Part shown: piece after piece, positions 1 to 10,461 of the stretch
How positions within the stretch are numbered: position 1 is the stretch's first letter
How the letters are laid out: each line of letters opens with the position of its first letter
NCBI GenBank assembly: GCA_027297745.1
Contig: JAPUHK010000257.1
Location: 1 to 62,371, forward strand
Direction of reading: 5' to 3'
Source: Planctomycetota bacterium
GTDB lineage: Bacteria; Planctomycetota; PLA2
Length of the DNA: 62,371 bases
Translations under genes and position numbers: made by a program
Notes under the pieces: generated by a model
What the model was told of the DNA's origin: nothing
Seen by the model: the letters and a program-made list of their open reading frames with translations, nothing else
Database searches by the model: none

Positions 1-1445
1 TCGGTCACCTCCAACAGAAGCTCGCGCGCGCGGTTGAGCGTGCGCAGCGCGGAGTCGGGCCTGCCCCAACGGACCTCGCTAGCGGCCCGCCGCATGAGCA
101 GACGGCCCGCTTCGGCGACACGGCCGCTGTTCTTGTAGAGCTCATAGGCACGCTTGAAGGCGCCGAGCGCCTCGCGCTCCTCGCTGCGCACGCTGTGCAC
201 GACGGCGAGTCCGGCCCAGGCGTCGGCAACCTTGTCGTCCTCTTCCAGGACCTGCGTGAACAGCCGCTGCGCCCCGCGGAAGTCGGCCATGAGCGTCAGG
301 ACCTGCGCCAATTGCGTGCGCAGCGCGCCCAGTTCCGGCTCCGCCGCGCGGGAGATCAGCTCCTCATACGCCTTGCGCGCCTCGCAGAGCATGCCGGCGC
401 GCATCAGCACGTAGGCGCGCTCCCGCGCGACGTAGGCGGCCAGCTCCTCGTTGCGCCCGGCCTCGTCGAGCGTCCGCAACGCTTCGCCGTAGCGCGCCAG
501 GTCACGCAACGCGACGGCTTTGTTGAGCAACAGCTTGTCCAACTGTGTGCGCGTTTTCTTGCCGTCGCGCGAGGCGTGCTCACGCCATTCCGTCTCGGCC
601 GTCTCGTAGAGCATCAAGGCACGGCCGGGCTTGCCTTCCACCTGCCAGCTCTCCGCGATCTTCGTGTAGAGCAGGGTGGCCTGCACGGCGTTCAGCTTCA
701 GGGCGAGCTTGTGCGCTTCCTCCAGGTCTTTGCGCTCTTCCACGAACTCCCCGGCTGCGCGCCTCAGCGCCGCGCGTTGCACGAGCGCCTGCCCCTGCAG
801 TCTCGTGTCCCTCGCCCGGACCGCCAACGCCAGACGCGCGTCCGCCGCTTGCAAGGCTCCCTTCGCATCGCCGGCCCGCTGCGCGGCCGCGATCAGATGG
901 GCGTAGGAGCGCAACTCTTCTTGCGTCCACCCCGCGTCCGCCGCGGCCTCGACCGCGTCCGCCCACGCCTCGCGCTGCTGCTGCGCCGGAGTCGCCTGCG
1001 CACGCAAGTGCATGTACTGGGCGCGCTCCAGGGAACCCTCCGGCGGCGCGACGACACCGTTGATCACGGTGCGCGCGGCTGCAAGGTTTCCCTTCTTGAA
1101 GTACTTCCCGGCGTCGTCGATCGCCAGCCGTTGCGCATCCGTCGTGATCACGCGCGCGCGCACCAGGTCGACCTGGCGGCGCAGGCCGGGGCCGTCCACC
1201 TCTTTGGCGCGCAGTGCGGCCAGCGCCGCCGCGGCGCCGATCTCGTTGCTGCGCAGCAGCTCGTGGACCACGACCGCGTACTCCACGCCGGGGCGCGCGG
1301 CGAGGGTGCGTTGCTGCCGCGCGTCGCCCGCCATGAACGCCTTGCCGAAATCGAGCGCGACGTCGGCCGTATCCACGGACTGACCCCGAGCCGTGGATGC
1401 GACGGCGAGGCACAAGAGCACGAGGCCCAAGCGGAGCGGCGGCAT
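1..1445 (-). CDS. Secreted TPR-like repeat protein (3' end runs off the window)
   Basis: The reverse-strand frame is open from ATG at 1445 (MPPLRLGLVLLCLAVASTARGQS, signal-peptide-like) to the window edge. Translation contains repeated A-x-x-Y/L-x-x-A helical repeats (e.g. GAFKRAYELYKNSGRVAEAG). It is missing from the ORF track because no stop lies inside the window. Confidence 0.6.
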   Translation of the reverse strand, partial: MPPLRLGLVLLCLAVASTARGQSVDTADVALDFGKAFMAGDARQQRTLAARPGVEYAVVVHELLRSNEIGAAAALAALRAKEVDGPGLRRQVDLVRARVITTDAQRLAIDDAGKYFKKGNLAAARTVINGVVAPPEGSLERAQYMHLRAQATPAQQQREAWADAVEAAADAGWTQEELRSYAHLIAAAQRAGDAKGALQAADARLALAVRARDTRLQGQALVQRAALRRAAGEFVEERKDLEEAHKLALKLNAVQATLLYTKIAESWQVEGKPGRALMLYETAETEWREHASRDGKKTRTQLDKLLLNKAVALRDLARYGEALRTLDEAGRNEELAAYVARERAYVLMRAGMLCEARKAYEELISRAAEPELGALRTQLAQVLTLMADFRGAQRLFTQVLEEDDKVADAWAGLAVVHSVRSEEREALGAFKRAYELYKNSGRVAEAGRLLMRRAASEVRWGRPDSALRTLNRARELLLEVT

Positions 1446-1479
1446 CACGGAAACAGGCACGCGCAGGTCATGGCGCCGG

Positions 1480-2082
1480 TCAACGGTACCCGCCGTACCC
1501 AACGCCCACGCGCGTGCCGCCGGAACCGTACCCGAAGCCGATGGACCAGGCGCCGCGGCTCTCCACGATCGGCGGGGACAGGGCCACGATCAGGTCCTCG
1601 GCCCCTTCCACCGGCGGCAAAGAGGAGCGCATCAGGCCCGCCTCCGCCGGCGCGGTCAGGTCGGGGTAGTGCAGGCGCAGGTCGCGCTGGACGAGTTGCC
1701 ATTCGTCGTGGACGGCAACGGCGATGTTGCCGACCGCGTCGCGCACCGGATAGAGCGTTCCGATGTAGCGCACCCTGCCCGGCTCCGCGTGGAAGCTGAG
1801 CGTGTCGTTGATCGTCGCACGGTCGGAGATGCGCCGGATCGTGTACGGACCGGCCGGCACCACGCCGATCCACAAGTCGCTCTCGGTCTTCAGGTTGAGC
1901 GTTCTCTTGTTCGGGCCGTTCAGCACGAGCTTGCGCTCGAGCGGTCCGGTGCCGAAGGGCAGGCCGACCACGATCACGGCCGAGCCTTCAGGCGGCCGCT
2001 TGCCGGGTTGCAACTCGGGCGCCGTCGCGGTACAGGCCGCCGCGAAGGCACAGATCAGAAAAAGGGCCGGGGACGCGCGCAC
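1480..2082 (-). CDS. Lipoprotein of unknown function
   Basis: 200-aa ORF. The N-terminus MRASPALFLICAFAAAC has a lipobox-like FAAAC. The C-terminus is Gly/Tyr-rich. Confidence 0.6.
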   Translation of the reverse strand: MRASPALFLICAFAAACTATAPELQPGKRPPEGSAVIVVGLPFGTGPLERKLVLNGPNKRTLNLKTESDLWIGVVPAGPYTIRRISDRATINDTLSFHAEPGRVRYIGTLYPVRDAVGNIAVAVHDEWQLVQRDLRLHYPDLTAPAEAGLMRSSLPPVEGAEDLIVALSPPIVESRGAWSIGFGYGSGGTRVGVGYGGYR

Positions 2083-2136
2083 ACCGTCATTCTAGACGCC
2101 CCGTCGGGCGGCGCCGGAGCTGTGGCGTAGAGTGTC

Positions 2137-3723
2137 TCAGCGCGAACCGCGCAGCGCCAAGGGCGCGCCGTCCAGGTCCGCAGGCGGCTCCAGGCCCAGC
2201 AACACGGCCAGGGTCGGACCCAGGTCGATCGTGCGCGCGGCGCCGCCCGGGCCGGGCTCGATGCCGGGCCCGATGAACAGGAGCGGCACCTCACGGTCGT
2301 ATGCGTACGGCGAGCCGTGGCTCGTGCCGGGCCCGGTGCGGTACAGCACGCCGGGCTTGGTCAGGAACACGAGATCGCCCGTCCGGCCCGGCGCATAGGA
2401 GTTGCGCGCCAACGCGAGCAGCAGGTCGTCCGTGGCCTCGGTTCCGCTGAGCTGCGCGCGGTCGTAGACCGCCGCCACCTCGGGGCGGGCGCTCAGGACC
2501 TGCTTGAGTGCGCGCAGCACGCGCTCAGGGGCCACGCCCCGTTCCGCGCACAGAGCGCGGTCCAGATACAGGTTCGGCGCGGGCGATCCGCCGTGCTTGT
2601 GCAGCGAGGTCCACAACCCCGCGCCGAGCCGCTCCTGCAGGGCGGCTTTCACTTCCCGGCCCGCCTCTGTCCCGTTCACGGCCTTCAGATCGTCGAGCGC
2701 AAGCACGCCGTGATCCGCGCAGAGCGCCACCACGTACGGGGCGCCGCGCGCGTCGAGGAAGGCGAAGAACTCGCCGAGCCCGCGGTCGAGATGCAGGACC
2801 ACGTCGCGGATCTCCTGGCTGCGCGGGCCGTACAGGTGCCCGACGGTGTCCGTGGCGGACAAGCCTATGCACAGCAGGTCGGGGGCCTCGTCGCCGCCGA
2901 GGTCGTGCCGCTCCACGAGCGCGCGCGCGAAACGCAGCGTCCACTCGTCCAGGTAGGGCGAGCCGTAGATGTTGGACAGCGTGCGCATCAGCATGCCCGT
3001 GCGCAGCGGGTGCGGCGAGGCGCGGTTGTTGCGCGGCGACTCGCGCGGATCGTCGTCCCTGCGCAGGTGCGGCGAAGGCTCGTAGGTCCAGGCCGCGGGC
3101 AACGAACGCAGCCAACCGTCGTTGCGGAACGCGTCCACCCAGTCCGGAAGCCCGTACGGGAAGTAGTACGTGCTGGACGTGAAACCGCCGCGCACGTGGT
3201 CGTACCAGAGGGCGGCGCCCGGGTGCTGCCCGCCCATGAGCACGGCCGAACGATCCTTGCCCGCCACGCTGTACACCTTCGAACGTGGGTTGCGCCGGCG
3301 CATCCAGTCACCGAGAGCGTCGCAGCGCAACAGGCGTGGCGAGGCCGTGCGCCGCGGGTCACCGAAGACGCGGTGCTCCGCATCCTCCACGCAATACACC
3401 GTGCGCAGCGTGGCGGGATCGCGCCAATGGTTCAGGGCGATCCCGGTGCGGCGCGGGTGCAATCCGGTCAACAGCACCGAGTGGCCCGGGCCGGTGAACG
3501 TGATCGCGTGATCGTGCACGCAGTCGAAGCTGCGCGCGTGCTTCAGCAAGCGGCCGAGTCCGCCCTGGTACTCGTCGCGGTAGGCGGCCAGAGTGTCGGG
3601 CCGCAGTTGGTCGACGGAGACCACCACGACGAGCCGCACGGGCTCCGCGGCAGGGGCCACCGCCGGCAGCAAGAGCAGGCAGAAAAGCAGGGCCGGAATC
3701 GGGCTCATAGCGGGTCTTCGCAT
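2137..3723 (-). CDS. Alkaline-phosphatase-superfamily enzyme (type I phosphodiesterase / nucleotide pyrophosphatase-like)
   Basis: 528 aa with a signal peptide. The VVSVDQLRPD and FTGPGHSVLLTG motifs are typical of the AP/NPP metal-site core, and a later DHG motif (ADHGV) is present. Confidence 0.75.
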   Translation of the reverse strand: MRRPAMSPIPALLFCLLLLPAVAPAAEPVRLVVVVSVDQLRPDTLAAYRDEYQGGLGRLLKHARSFDCVHDHAITFTGPGHSVLLTGLHPRRTGIALNHWRDPATLRTVYCVEDAEHRVFGDPRRTASPRLLRCDALGDWMRRRNPRSKVYSVAGKDRSAVLMGGQHPGAALWYDHVRGGFTSSTYYFPYGLPDWVDAFRNDGWLRSLPAAWTYEPSPHLRRDDDPRESPRNNRASPHPLRTGMLMRTLSNIYGSPYLDEWTLRFARALVERHDLGGDEAPDLLCIGLSATDTVGHLYGPRSQEIRDVVLHLDRGLGEFFAFLDARGAPYVVALCADHGVLALDDLKAVNGTEAGREVKAALQERLGAGLWTSLHKHGGSPAPNLYLDRALCAERGVAPERVLRALKQVLSARPEVAAVYDRAQLSGTEATDDLLLALARNSYAPGRTGDLVFLTKPGVLYRTGPGTSHGSPYAYDREVPLLFIGPGIEPGPGGAARTIDLGPTLAVLLGLEPPADLDGAPLALRGSR

Positions 3724-3808
3724 GCTTTTGCGATGGACCGCGCCAGGGTATCCCGGACGCCACCCGGATCCGCGCTAAAATGCCCGGCTCTTGAGGGAGG
3801 GAACCTGC

Positions 3809-5245
3809 ATGCGCACGATCGTGGTGCTGATTTGCTCTGCGCTGGCCGGCTGTACGGGCGGCGGCGACGGCGGTCTGGGCGCGGCCACTATGGCCGTGGG
3901 GGCCGCGGCGGGGCCCGCCGGGCCGGTTGCGTCCACCGGCCTGGTCTTCGAGCCGCAGATGCCGGCGCTGCAAGGTGAGTTGGTCGGCATGCCGGGCACG
4001 CCCGCCCCCGGACTCGGCGCCAGCTACGTCACGACGGGACCGGGCTGGCTCGGACCGGACGGCGACGTCATCTTCGAAGGCATCATCCGCTGGCACTCGA
4101 ACCTCGAGATCGGCTGCGGCATCTTCCGCCAGGCGCCGGACGGCACCGTCAACATCGTGCTGATCCAGGGGCAGTCGCTCGCCGGAACCGGCGGCGGCCA
4201 CGTGCGCCACCCGTCTTTGCCCCTGCATGCTTCGGGCGACACGCTGGTGCTGACGGCGCTCGTCGAAGGCGGCACGGTCGAGCACGGACTCTTCGCCGTG
4301 CCGAAGGAGGGCGGCGACCCCGTGCTCGTGCTCAGCACGCCGACGGGCGTGATCACGAGCGCGGTGATCACGGAGTCGGGCACGGTCGTGGCCGAGGTGC
4401 GCGAGCCCACCGGGTCGTCGATCGTCAAGGTCGACCCCGGACAGGCGCCCGTCACGCTCTGCGATGCGTGCGAGAGCGGATTCACGACGGACGGCCGGTC
4501 CGTGCTGGTCGAGCTCGGAGGCGGGGCCTGGCAGATCGACCTGGACGACGGGTCGAGCGTCCCCCTGGTGCTGCCGGGCGACCCCGCGCCGGGTCAGAGC
4601 GGCACGGTGCTGAGCGTGCTCGATGCGCGCATCACGCCGAACGGCGACGTGCACGTCCTGCTGCAAACCGACGACCCTGCGCACCGGGAGGTGCTGGTGC
4701 GCATCGACGACGCGGTGGAGGTGTTGGCCGCTTGCGGCGCTCCGGCCCCCGGCCTCCCCGGCTCGGTGATCGAGTCGATCTATCCCGCGCACGGCCGCGG
4801 GGACGACGCCGTCTTCGGCGCTTCCTTGTCCGGCGACCCGGTGATCGAGGCGGCCGTGTTCCTGGCCCCGCCCGCGCAACCTGCGCAGCCGGTCGCGGTC
4901 ACGGGCGAGATCTCCGTCGAGCTGCAGGCGCTGCTCGACGTCATGGAAGCGGAGACGCTGAGCGGCGCCGGCGGCTACAGCGTCTACGCAGCGACCATCC
5001 ATAAGAACGGCGTCCAGGCCGCCGAAGGCATTTTCCGCCGCGATCCTTCGGGTGCGATCAAGCTCATCGCGACGACGGACGCGCGCGTGAACATGCCCGG
5101 CGAGGATGCGACCGTGGTCCGCTTCGGCGACCCGCTCGCCCCGACGCTCGACGTCGCGGCCGACGGGCGTGTGCTCACCATGGTGGGCGTGCGGCTCGAC
5201 CGCCACCCCACGGCGACCTACTGGGCGTTGTACGTCGGGCGCTAG
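3809..5245 (+). CDS. Lipoprotein of unknown function
   Basis: ATG at 3809 lies 8 nt after GGAGG (3796-3800). MRTIVVLICSALAGC is a lipobox. The rest is beta-rich and repetitive with no recognised domain. Confidence 0.6.
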   Translation: MRTIVVLICSALAGCTGGGDGGLGAATMAVGAAAGPAGPVASTGLVFEPQMPALQGELVGMPGTPAPGLGASYVTTGPGWLGPDGDVIFEGIIRWHSNLEIGCGIFRQAPDGTVNIVLIQGQSLAGTGGGHVRHPSLPLHASGDTLVLTALVEGGTVEHGLFAVPKEGGDPVLVLSTPTGVITSAVITESGTVVAEVREPTGSSIVKVDPGQAPVTLCDACESGFTTDGRSVLVELGGGAWQIDLDDGSSVPLVLPGDPAPGQSGTVLSVLDARITPNGDVHVLLQTDDPAHREVLVRIDDAVEVLAACGAPAPGLPGSVIESIYPAHGRGDDAVFGASLSGDPVIEAAVFLAPPAQPAQPVAVTGEISVELQALLDVMEAETLSGAGGYSVYAATIHKNGVQAAEGIFRRDPSGAIKLIATTDARVNMPGEDATVVRFGDPLAPTLDVAADGRVLTMVGVRLDRHPTATYWALYVGR

Positions 5246-5257
5246 GCTCGGGTTCGT

Positions 5258-5342
5258 CCCCTACCCTCACCTCTTCACGCCTGACCCTGCTTGTAGAAAG
5301 AGGCCAAGAGACAAGGGTAGGGGGCAGAGGTACGGGTAGAGG
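5258..5342. repeat. Polypyrimidine/polypurine palindromic intergenic element (CCCCTACCC ... AGGGTAGGGG)
   Basis: CCCCTACCCT (5258-5267) is the exact reverse complement of AGGGTAGGGG (5313-5322). The left arm is C/T-rich and the right arm G/A-rich. It lies between convergent gene ends (5245 and 5361). Confidence 0.6.
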
Positions 5343-5360
5343 AAAAGCAAGGGAGAAGCG

Positions 5361-6662
5361 TTAGACCGCGGTCACGACCTCGTTGACCACATCGACCATC
5401 GCCGACGCGATGCGCGCGCATTCGGCGTCCGTCGTGCACGCAGGCGGCATTCCGTAGAGCACGTTGCCGAGCGGCCGCAGCAGGACGTCGTGCGGCAGGC
5501 GGCGGCAGGCTTCACGCAGGCGGGGCCCCCAGTCGGAGAGGTAGCCACCCGATGCGCCGCCCAACTCCACCGCGGCGATGCCACCGATGCGGCGCACGTC
5601 CTGCACGGCGGGTTCCGAGCGCAGCGCGGCCAAGCCGCTCTCGATGCGCTCTCCGATCTGCTCAAAGCGCGCCGGCACGCGCTCCTCCTCCACCATGCGC
5701 AGCGACTCCAGGCCGACGGCGCACCCCATCGCGTGCGCGGTGAACGTGTGTCCGTGAAAGAACGTCCGCATCCGGTCCTCGCTCAGGAAGGCGCTGTAGA
5801 TCTCCTCGGTCGCCAGCGTTGCGGCCAGCGGTAGCATGCCGCCGCTGAGCCCCTTGGAGAGACAGAGAAGATCGGGCGCGATCTCCGCGCGCTCGCAGGC
5901 GAAGAGCGTCCCGGTGCGCCCGAAGCCGGTCATGACCTCGTCCGCGATCAGGAACAGGCCGTCGGCGTCGCACAGACGCCGCGCCTCGCGCACGAAAGAC
6001 GCGGGGACGGGCTTCATGCCGGCCGCGCCCTGCACGCCCGGCTCCAAGATCACCGCCGCCACCTCACCCCTCCGTCTGCGCAACAACTCCTCCAGCCGCC
6101 CGGCGTCCGCCGGCACGCGCTCGGCTTCGAACAGAAACGGCGCCAGGTCCAAAAAGAAGGGATCCGGGTCCCCTACGGACATCGCTCCGAACGTGTCGCC
6201 GTGATAGCCGCCCTCAAGCGCGACGAAACACGTGCGCCGCTTCTCTCCCCGCCGCAGCCAGGTCATGCAGGCGGCCTTGAGCGCGACCTCGACGGCGGTG
6301 CTGCCGTCGTCGCTGTAGAAGACACGGGTCAGGCCCGGCGGCGTGACTTCCACCAGGCGTTCCGCCAGACGCACGGCCGGTTCGTGCGTGCAGCCGGCGA
6401 ACATGACGTGATCGAGCCGGGACGCTTGCTCGGACAGGGCGCGCACCAGGCGCGGGTGCCCATGGCCGTGCAGACAGGCCCACCAGGACGAAATGGCGTC
6501 CAGCAACTTGCGGCCGTCGTGCAGCTCCAACCAGGCGCCCGATGCGCGCGCCACCGGCAACGGCTCCGGATCGATGGCGTGCTGCGTGTACGGGTGCCAG
6601 CAGACGCGGCGGTCGCCGGCCAGCCAGGAGGGCCCATGGGAATCCTGCGACGGTCCGTTCAT
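5361..6662 (-). CDS. bioA: Adenosylmethionine-8-amino-7-oxononanoate aminotransferase
   Basis: From MNGPSQ...: WHPYTQH, SSWWACLHGHGHP, YSDDGSTAVEVALK and LCLSKGLSGGMLPLAAT (PLP Lys) match BioA. ATG at 6662 overlaps the upstream stop (ATGA). Confidence 0.93.
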   Translation of the reverse strand: MNGPSQDSHGPSWLAGDRRVCWHPYTQHAIDPEPLPVARASGAWLELHDGRKLLDAISSWWACLHGHGHPRLVRALSEQASRLDHVMFAGCTHEPAVRLAERLVEVTPPGLTRVFYSDDGSTAVEVALKAACMTWLRRGEKRRTCFVALEGGYHGDTFGAMSVGDPDPFFLDLAPFLFEAERVPADAGRLEELLRRRRGEVAAVILEPGVQGAAGMKPVPASFVREARRLCDADGLFLIADEVMTGFGRTGTLFACERAEIAPDLLCLSKGLSGGMLPLAATLATEEIYSAFLSEDRMRTFFHGHTFTAHAMGCAVGLESLRMVEEERVPARFEQIGERIESGLAALRSEPAVQDVRRIGGIAAVELGGASGGYLSDWGPRLREACRRLPHDVLLRPLGNVLYGMPPACTTDAECARIASAMVDVVNEVVTAV

Positions 6663-8470
6663 CGCAACACCTCGCTCACGTCGTTTTGCCCGAGCCACGT
6701 GTCGAGACTTTGCGTGGACAGCGGCTGGAGGGGCGGCAGGACGAAGATCGGGAGGGCGGGCAGGCGCGCCTGCAGCGTGCGCCGGTTGTCCGCGTGCGGC
6801 TCCCCCACCAGGAACAGTGCGCGCACGGCGAGCCCGCGCCGGAAACACGCTTCCAGGCTGAGCAGCGTGTGGTTGAGCGTTCCGAGCCCGCTACGCGCCA
6901 CCAGCACGAGCGGCGCGCCAAGCTCCGCAAGCCAGTCGGCCTGATCCTCCACGGCGTTCAGCGGCACGCGCAAGCCACCCGCGCACTCGAGCACCCAAGC
7001 GGCGTCCGGCTCCGCGTTCAGACGTTCCGCGCAGGCGCCCTGGATTGCTTCCGCGGTCACTTCCACGCCTTCCGCACCGGCCGCCTGGTCGATAGAGGCC
7101 GGCAACTCCAAGCTCATCGCCGGCGGGAGCACGCTGGACGCGTCGAGTCCGGCTAGTTGCATGACGGCGTGGGAGTCCGACTCGCTTCCGGTCTGCACCG
7201 GCTTGAGGTAGCGCACGGCCTTGCCGGTACGCGCGACGGAGCGCACGAGCAACGCCGACACCACGGTCTTGCCCACGCCGGTATCGGTGCCGGCGACGAC
7301 CAGCGGCCGCGGCGCAGGAGGGGCCACGGGCGCGGCCGGGTAGGCGTGCGCGGCTTCGGCGACGACGCGCGCCAGACGCAAGATCTGATCCGGCGTGTGG
7401 TCGGCGTGGCAGACGATGCGCAGGCGGCTGGTGCCGGCGGGCACCGAGGGCGGGCGCACGGCCCTCACGTCGAAGCCGGCCTCCTGCGCGGCCGCGGCAA
7501 CGCGCAGCGCCCGCTCCGGGTCCCCGAGCACTACGGGCACGATCGGACTGTGGCCGCCCGCCTCCACACCGGCCTCGCGCAGCGCCGCGCGCAACCGCCC
7601 GGCGGCGGCGTGGGCCTGCTCCCTGCGCTCGGGCTCGGCACGCACGATCTCGATGGCGCGCTCGAGCGCGGCGGCGGTGGAGGGCGGCGGCGCCGTGGTG
7701 AACACGAACGAGCGCCCCCACTGCAGCAGCGCCTCGATCACAGTGGCGCGCCCGGCGACGAAGGCTCCGCAGACGCCCAACGCCTTGCCCCCCGTCACCA
7801 TGCGCCCGAGGATGCGCGTCTCGGGATCCTCGCGCACGCCGAGCCCGGCGCCGCCCGGTCCGTACAAGCCGGCCGCGTGCGCCTCGTCCACCAGCAGCCA
7901 TGCGTCGTGCTCGCGCGCGAGACGCTCGAAGTCCTCCAGCGGAGCAAGGTCCCCCGTCATGGAGTAGACCGACTCGACGGCGATCAGCCGGCGCCGCGCC
8001 CCGCGCGACGCGGCCAGGCAGCGCTCGAGGTCTGTGGCGTCGTTGTGCTCGAAGACCGACACGCGGGCACGCGCCAGGCGCGACGCATCGATCAACGACG
8101 CGTGGTTGAGACGGTCGCTGAGGATCACGTCTGTGGGACCTGCAAGCACGGTCAGCAGAGCGAGGTTGGCCTGGTAGCCGCTCGGAAACAAGAGCGCGCG
8201 CTCTGCACGCAGCCATTCGGCCGCCAGCCGCTCCACGCGCTCATGCGGCGGTAGATGGCCGCGCAGCAACCGCGCCGCCCCGGCGCCGGTGCCCCACTCC
8301 TCCAACGCGGCGCGCGCGGCAGCGATCAGGCGCGGGTCGCGCGCGAGCGCCAGGTAGTCGTTGCTGCAGAAGTCGAGCCCGGCCGGGAGCTGCAGGCGCC
8401 GGCGCAGGCCGCGCTCCTCCCAGGCGCGCAGTCTCTCCTCCAGCGGGTCTTCAATCGGCGCGCGGCTCAT
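6659..8470 (-). CDS. bioFD: Fused 8-amino-7-oxononanoate synthase / dethiobiotin synthetase (BioF-BioD)
   Basis: The N-terminal ~385 aa are BioF-like ([34 protein letters not shown]). An Ala/Pro linker ([14 protein letters not shown]) follows. The C-terminal ~215 aa are BioD-like ([12 protein letters not shown]-loop, ECAGGLRVP). It is one uninterrupted frame, and ATG at 8470 overlaps the bioB stop. Confidence 0.9.
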   Translation of the reverse strand: MSRAPIEDPLEERLRAWEERGLRRRLQLPAGLDFCSNDYLALARDPRLIAAARAALEEWGTGAGAARLLRGHLPPHERVERLAAEWLRAERALLFPSGYQANLALLTVLAGPTDVILSDRLNHASLIDASRLARARVSVFEHNDATDLERCLAASRGARRRLIAVESVYSMTGDLAPLEDFERLAREHDAWLLVDEAHAAGLYGPGGAGLGVREDPETRILGRMVTGGKALGVCGAFVAGRATVIEALLQWGRSFVFTTAPPPSTAAALERAIEIVRAEPERREQAHAAAGRLRAALREAGVEAGGHSPIVPVVLGDPERALRVAAAAQEAGFDVRAVRPPSVPAGTSRLRIVCHADHTPDQILRLARVVAEAAHAYPAAPVAPPAPRPLVVAGTDTGVGKTVVSALLVRSVARTGKAVRYLKPVQTGSESDSHAVMQLAGLDASSVLPPAMSLELPASIDQAAGAEGVEVTAEAIQGACAERLNAEPDAAWVLECAGGLRVPLNAVEDQADWLAELGAPLVLVARSGLGTLNHTLLSLEACFRRGLAVRALFLVGEPHADNRRTLQARLPALPIFVLPPLQPLSTQSLDTWLGQNDVSEVLR

Positions 8471-9444
8471 CGCCCGGGCGAACGCTCCGAGCGGCTCGGC
8501 CGCAAACCGATCTTGCGCAGCATTGCAGCATCGCGGTCCGGACCCGGGTTGGGCGTCGTGAGCAACTTGTCCCCGAGGAAAATCGAGTTTGCGCCGGCCA
8601 GGAAGCAGAGCGTCTGCCCCTCCTCCGTCATCGCCGTGCGACCCGCGCTCAAGCGCACCTTCGCCGCCGGCATGAGCAGCCGCGCCACGGCCACCACGCG
8701 CACCATCTCGTCCCACGGCAGCGGCTCCAGCTCTCCCAGCGGCGTTCCCGGCACGGCTACCAGCGCGTTGATCGGGACGCTTTCCGGTTGCGGGTCCTGC
8801 CGTGCCAGCTCGTGCAAGAGCCCGATGCGGTCCTCTTCGCTCTCCCCCATGCCGAGGATGCCGCCGCAGCAAACCCGGATACCGGCGTCGCGCACCACCC
8901 GCAGCGTACGCAAGCGATCCTCATAGGTGCGGGTCGTGATGATGCGGTCGTAGAACTCCGGCGAGCTGTCCAGGTTGTGGTTGTAGAAGTCGAGGCCCGC
9001 CTCGCGCAGCCGGCGGGCGTGCCGCGGCTCGAGCATGCCTAGCGTGACGCAGGTCTCCAGGCCGAGCCCTTTCACCTCGCGCACCATCTCCAGCACGCGC
9101 TCGAAGTCCGGCCCGTCGCGCACTTCGCGCCAGGCGGCACCCATGCAAAAGCGATCCGCTCCGTTCGCACGCGCGTTGTGCGCCGCTGCGCGCACGTCGT
9201 CGAGCGCCATCAGGGGCTCCGTCTGCAGGCCGGTGTCGTAGCGCGCGGACTGCGGGCAATAGGCGCAGTCTTCGGGGCAGGCGCCGGTCTTCACGCTCAG
9301 GAGCGAAGAGCACTGGATCTCGGCCGGGTCGTGGTGCCGCCGGTGGACCGCCGCCGCCTCGAGCACGAGGTCGAGCAGGGGACGTCGAAACACCGCGGCG
9401 ACCTCTTCACGAGAGAGGGGGCGCGCTTCGGTGTGCGGGGTCAT
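8467..9444 (-). CDS. bioB: Biotin synthase (radical SAM)
   Basis: The [11 protein letters not shown] radical-SAM cluster motif plus [12 protein letters not shown] and GMGES are typical of BioB. The likely start is MTPHTEA at 9444. Confidence 0.95.
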   Translation of the reverse strand: MTPHTEARPLSREEVAAVFRRPLLDLVLEAAAVHRRHHDPAEIQCSSLLSVKTGACPEDCAYCPQSARYDTGLQTEPLMALDDVRAAAHNARANGADRFCMGAAWREVRDGPDFERVLEMVREVKGLGLETCVTLGMLEPRHARRLREAGLDFYNHNLDSSPEFYDRIITTRTYEDRLRTLRVVRDAGIRVCCGGILGMGESEEDRIGLLHELARQDPQPESVPINALVAVPGTPLGELEPLPWDEMVRVVAVARLLMPAAKVRLSAGRTAMTEEGQTLCFLAGANSIFLGDKLLTTPNPGPDRDAAMLRKIGLRPSRSERSPGR

Positions 9445-9549
9445 CGGGGGGCCTACATGCCGGACCGGCTGAGCGTAGGAGGGGCGCTGAAAAAGCACAA
9501 GAGCCGTTCGCGGAGGGAACACGGCGCGCACCGCATTCGTTCAAGGCGC

Positions 9550-10461
9550 GTGGGGACCCGGTCGCGCAAGACGATCTTGCTCTCGCTCCTGGCCGGCGCG
9601 GTCGCCGGTGCCGGCGCCGCGATTGTGGTCCGGAGCGGCGACTCCGGTACAGACGAGATGGAGTCGTACTATCTGAGCCGGCTGTGCGACTCCGGACACG
9701 ACCCCGCGAAGCCCGGCATGTTGCTGCTGACGCCCCGCGCTGTGCTGGTGCCGCCCGCGCTGCAGGACCGTCTCAGCATCCGTGTGGCCAATGACAGCTA
9801 CGAGCGCGAGATCCGGCCCTACTTCGGGGCCCTGGGCTCGCCGGGATTCGAGGCCGCGGGCGAGCTGCTACCGGCCGTGGCCGGACACTTGGAGCAGGCT
9901 TGGGAGCTGCTGAGGGACCTGGCGCAGGGGCCGGCGGGTGACCCTCCGCTCAGGGTCCTGATCCAGCACCATCCGCGGCCCGGTCTTCCAGGCCACTGCG
10001 TCACGATCCAGACCACCTTCTACACGGTGCCCGACCCTGCGCTCGACGCGGCCTCCACACCGCTCGGCGACACCGACCGCGTGCGCGGCCAGATCCTGCA
10101 ACTGCGCAAGACCTACCAGCTCGACGCCGAGCCGCGGCGCCTGATCCAGGCGTCGGTGGAAGCGCAGCCGGAGGTCATCGTGCACGGGCCGCGCCGCAAC
10201 CTCGGCAGCCTCGCCGGCCGCGAGGACGTCGGGAGCCTCGCCGGGGACGAGGTGGGCGAGGCGTATTTCACTGCGCTGGGCGGAGGCGTGCGTTACGGGC
10301 TGGCCTGGTTCGACCTCTCCGCAGGACTCGACGAGCCCCAGGAATGGGGCGCCGCGTTCCGCATCCGCTGGCCGCGGAACGCCGCCGAGCCGAAGGTGGA
10401 GACGGAGGCCCTCGCCGGGCGCGCGATCGCGCGACTGCTCGAATTCGTGCGTCGCAGCTAA
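9550..10461 (+). CDS. Membrane-anchored hypothetical protein
   Basis: In-frame GTG at 9550 precedes a TM-like segment ILLSLLAGAVAGAGAAIVV. No domain recognised and the start is uncertain. Confidence 0.45.
   Translation: MGTRSRKTILLSLLAGAVAGAGAAIVVRSGDSGTDEMESYYLSRLCDSGHDPAKPGMLLLTPRAVLVPPALQDRLSIRVANDSYEREIRPYFGALGSPGFEAAGELLPAVAGHLEQAWELLRDLAQGPAGDPPLRVLIQHHPRPGLPGHCVTIQTTFYTVPDPALDAASTPLGDTDRVRGQILQLRKTYQLDAEPRRLIQASVEAQPEVIVHGPRRNLGSLAGREDVGSLAGDEVGEAYFTALGGGVRYGLAWFDLSAGLDEPQEWGAAFRIRWPRNAAEPKVETEALAGRAIARLLEFVRRS

Noticed and set aside
195-1799. Long ORFs in alternative frames or strands rich in Arg/Ala/Gly/Pro. Examples: 195..1799+, 2317..3978+, 3359..5206-, 6891..8216-, 13270..14706+, 15814..16953-, 25447..27945-, 36788..38638-, 39035..41428-, 47205..49640+.
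   Set aside because: They overlap genes with clear family signatures on the other strand or frame. Their composition (RRRR, GRGR, PRPR runs) is typical of out-of-frame translation of high-GC DNA, and none shows a recognisable motif.
9445-9549. Looked for a biotin operator (BirA bioO-type TGTAAACC/GGTTTACA, BioQ TGAAC-N3-GTTCA, BioR TTATMKATAA) upstream of bioB.
   Set aside because: Only a weak GTTC-N7-GAAC (4-bp arms) is present, with no convincing match to any known biotin regulator motif.
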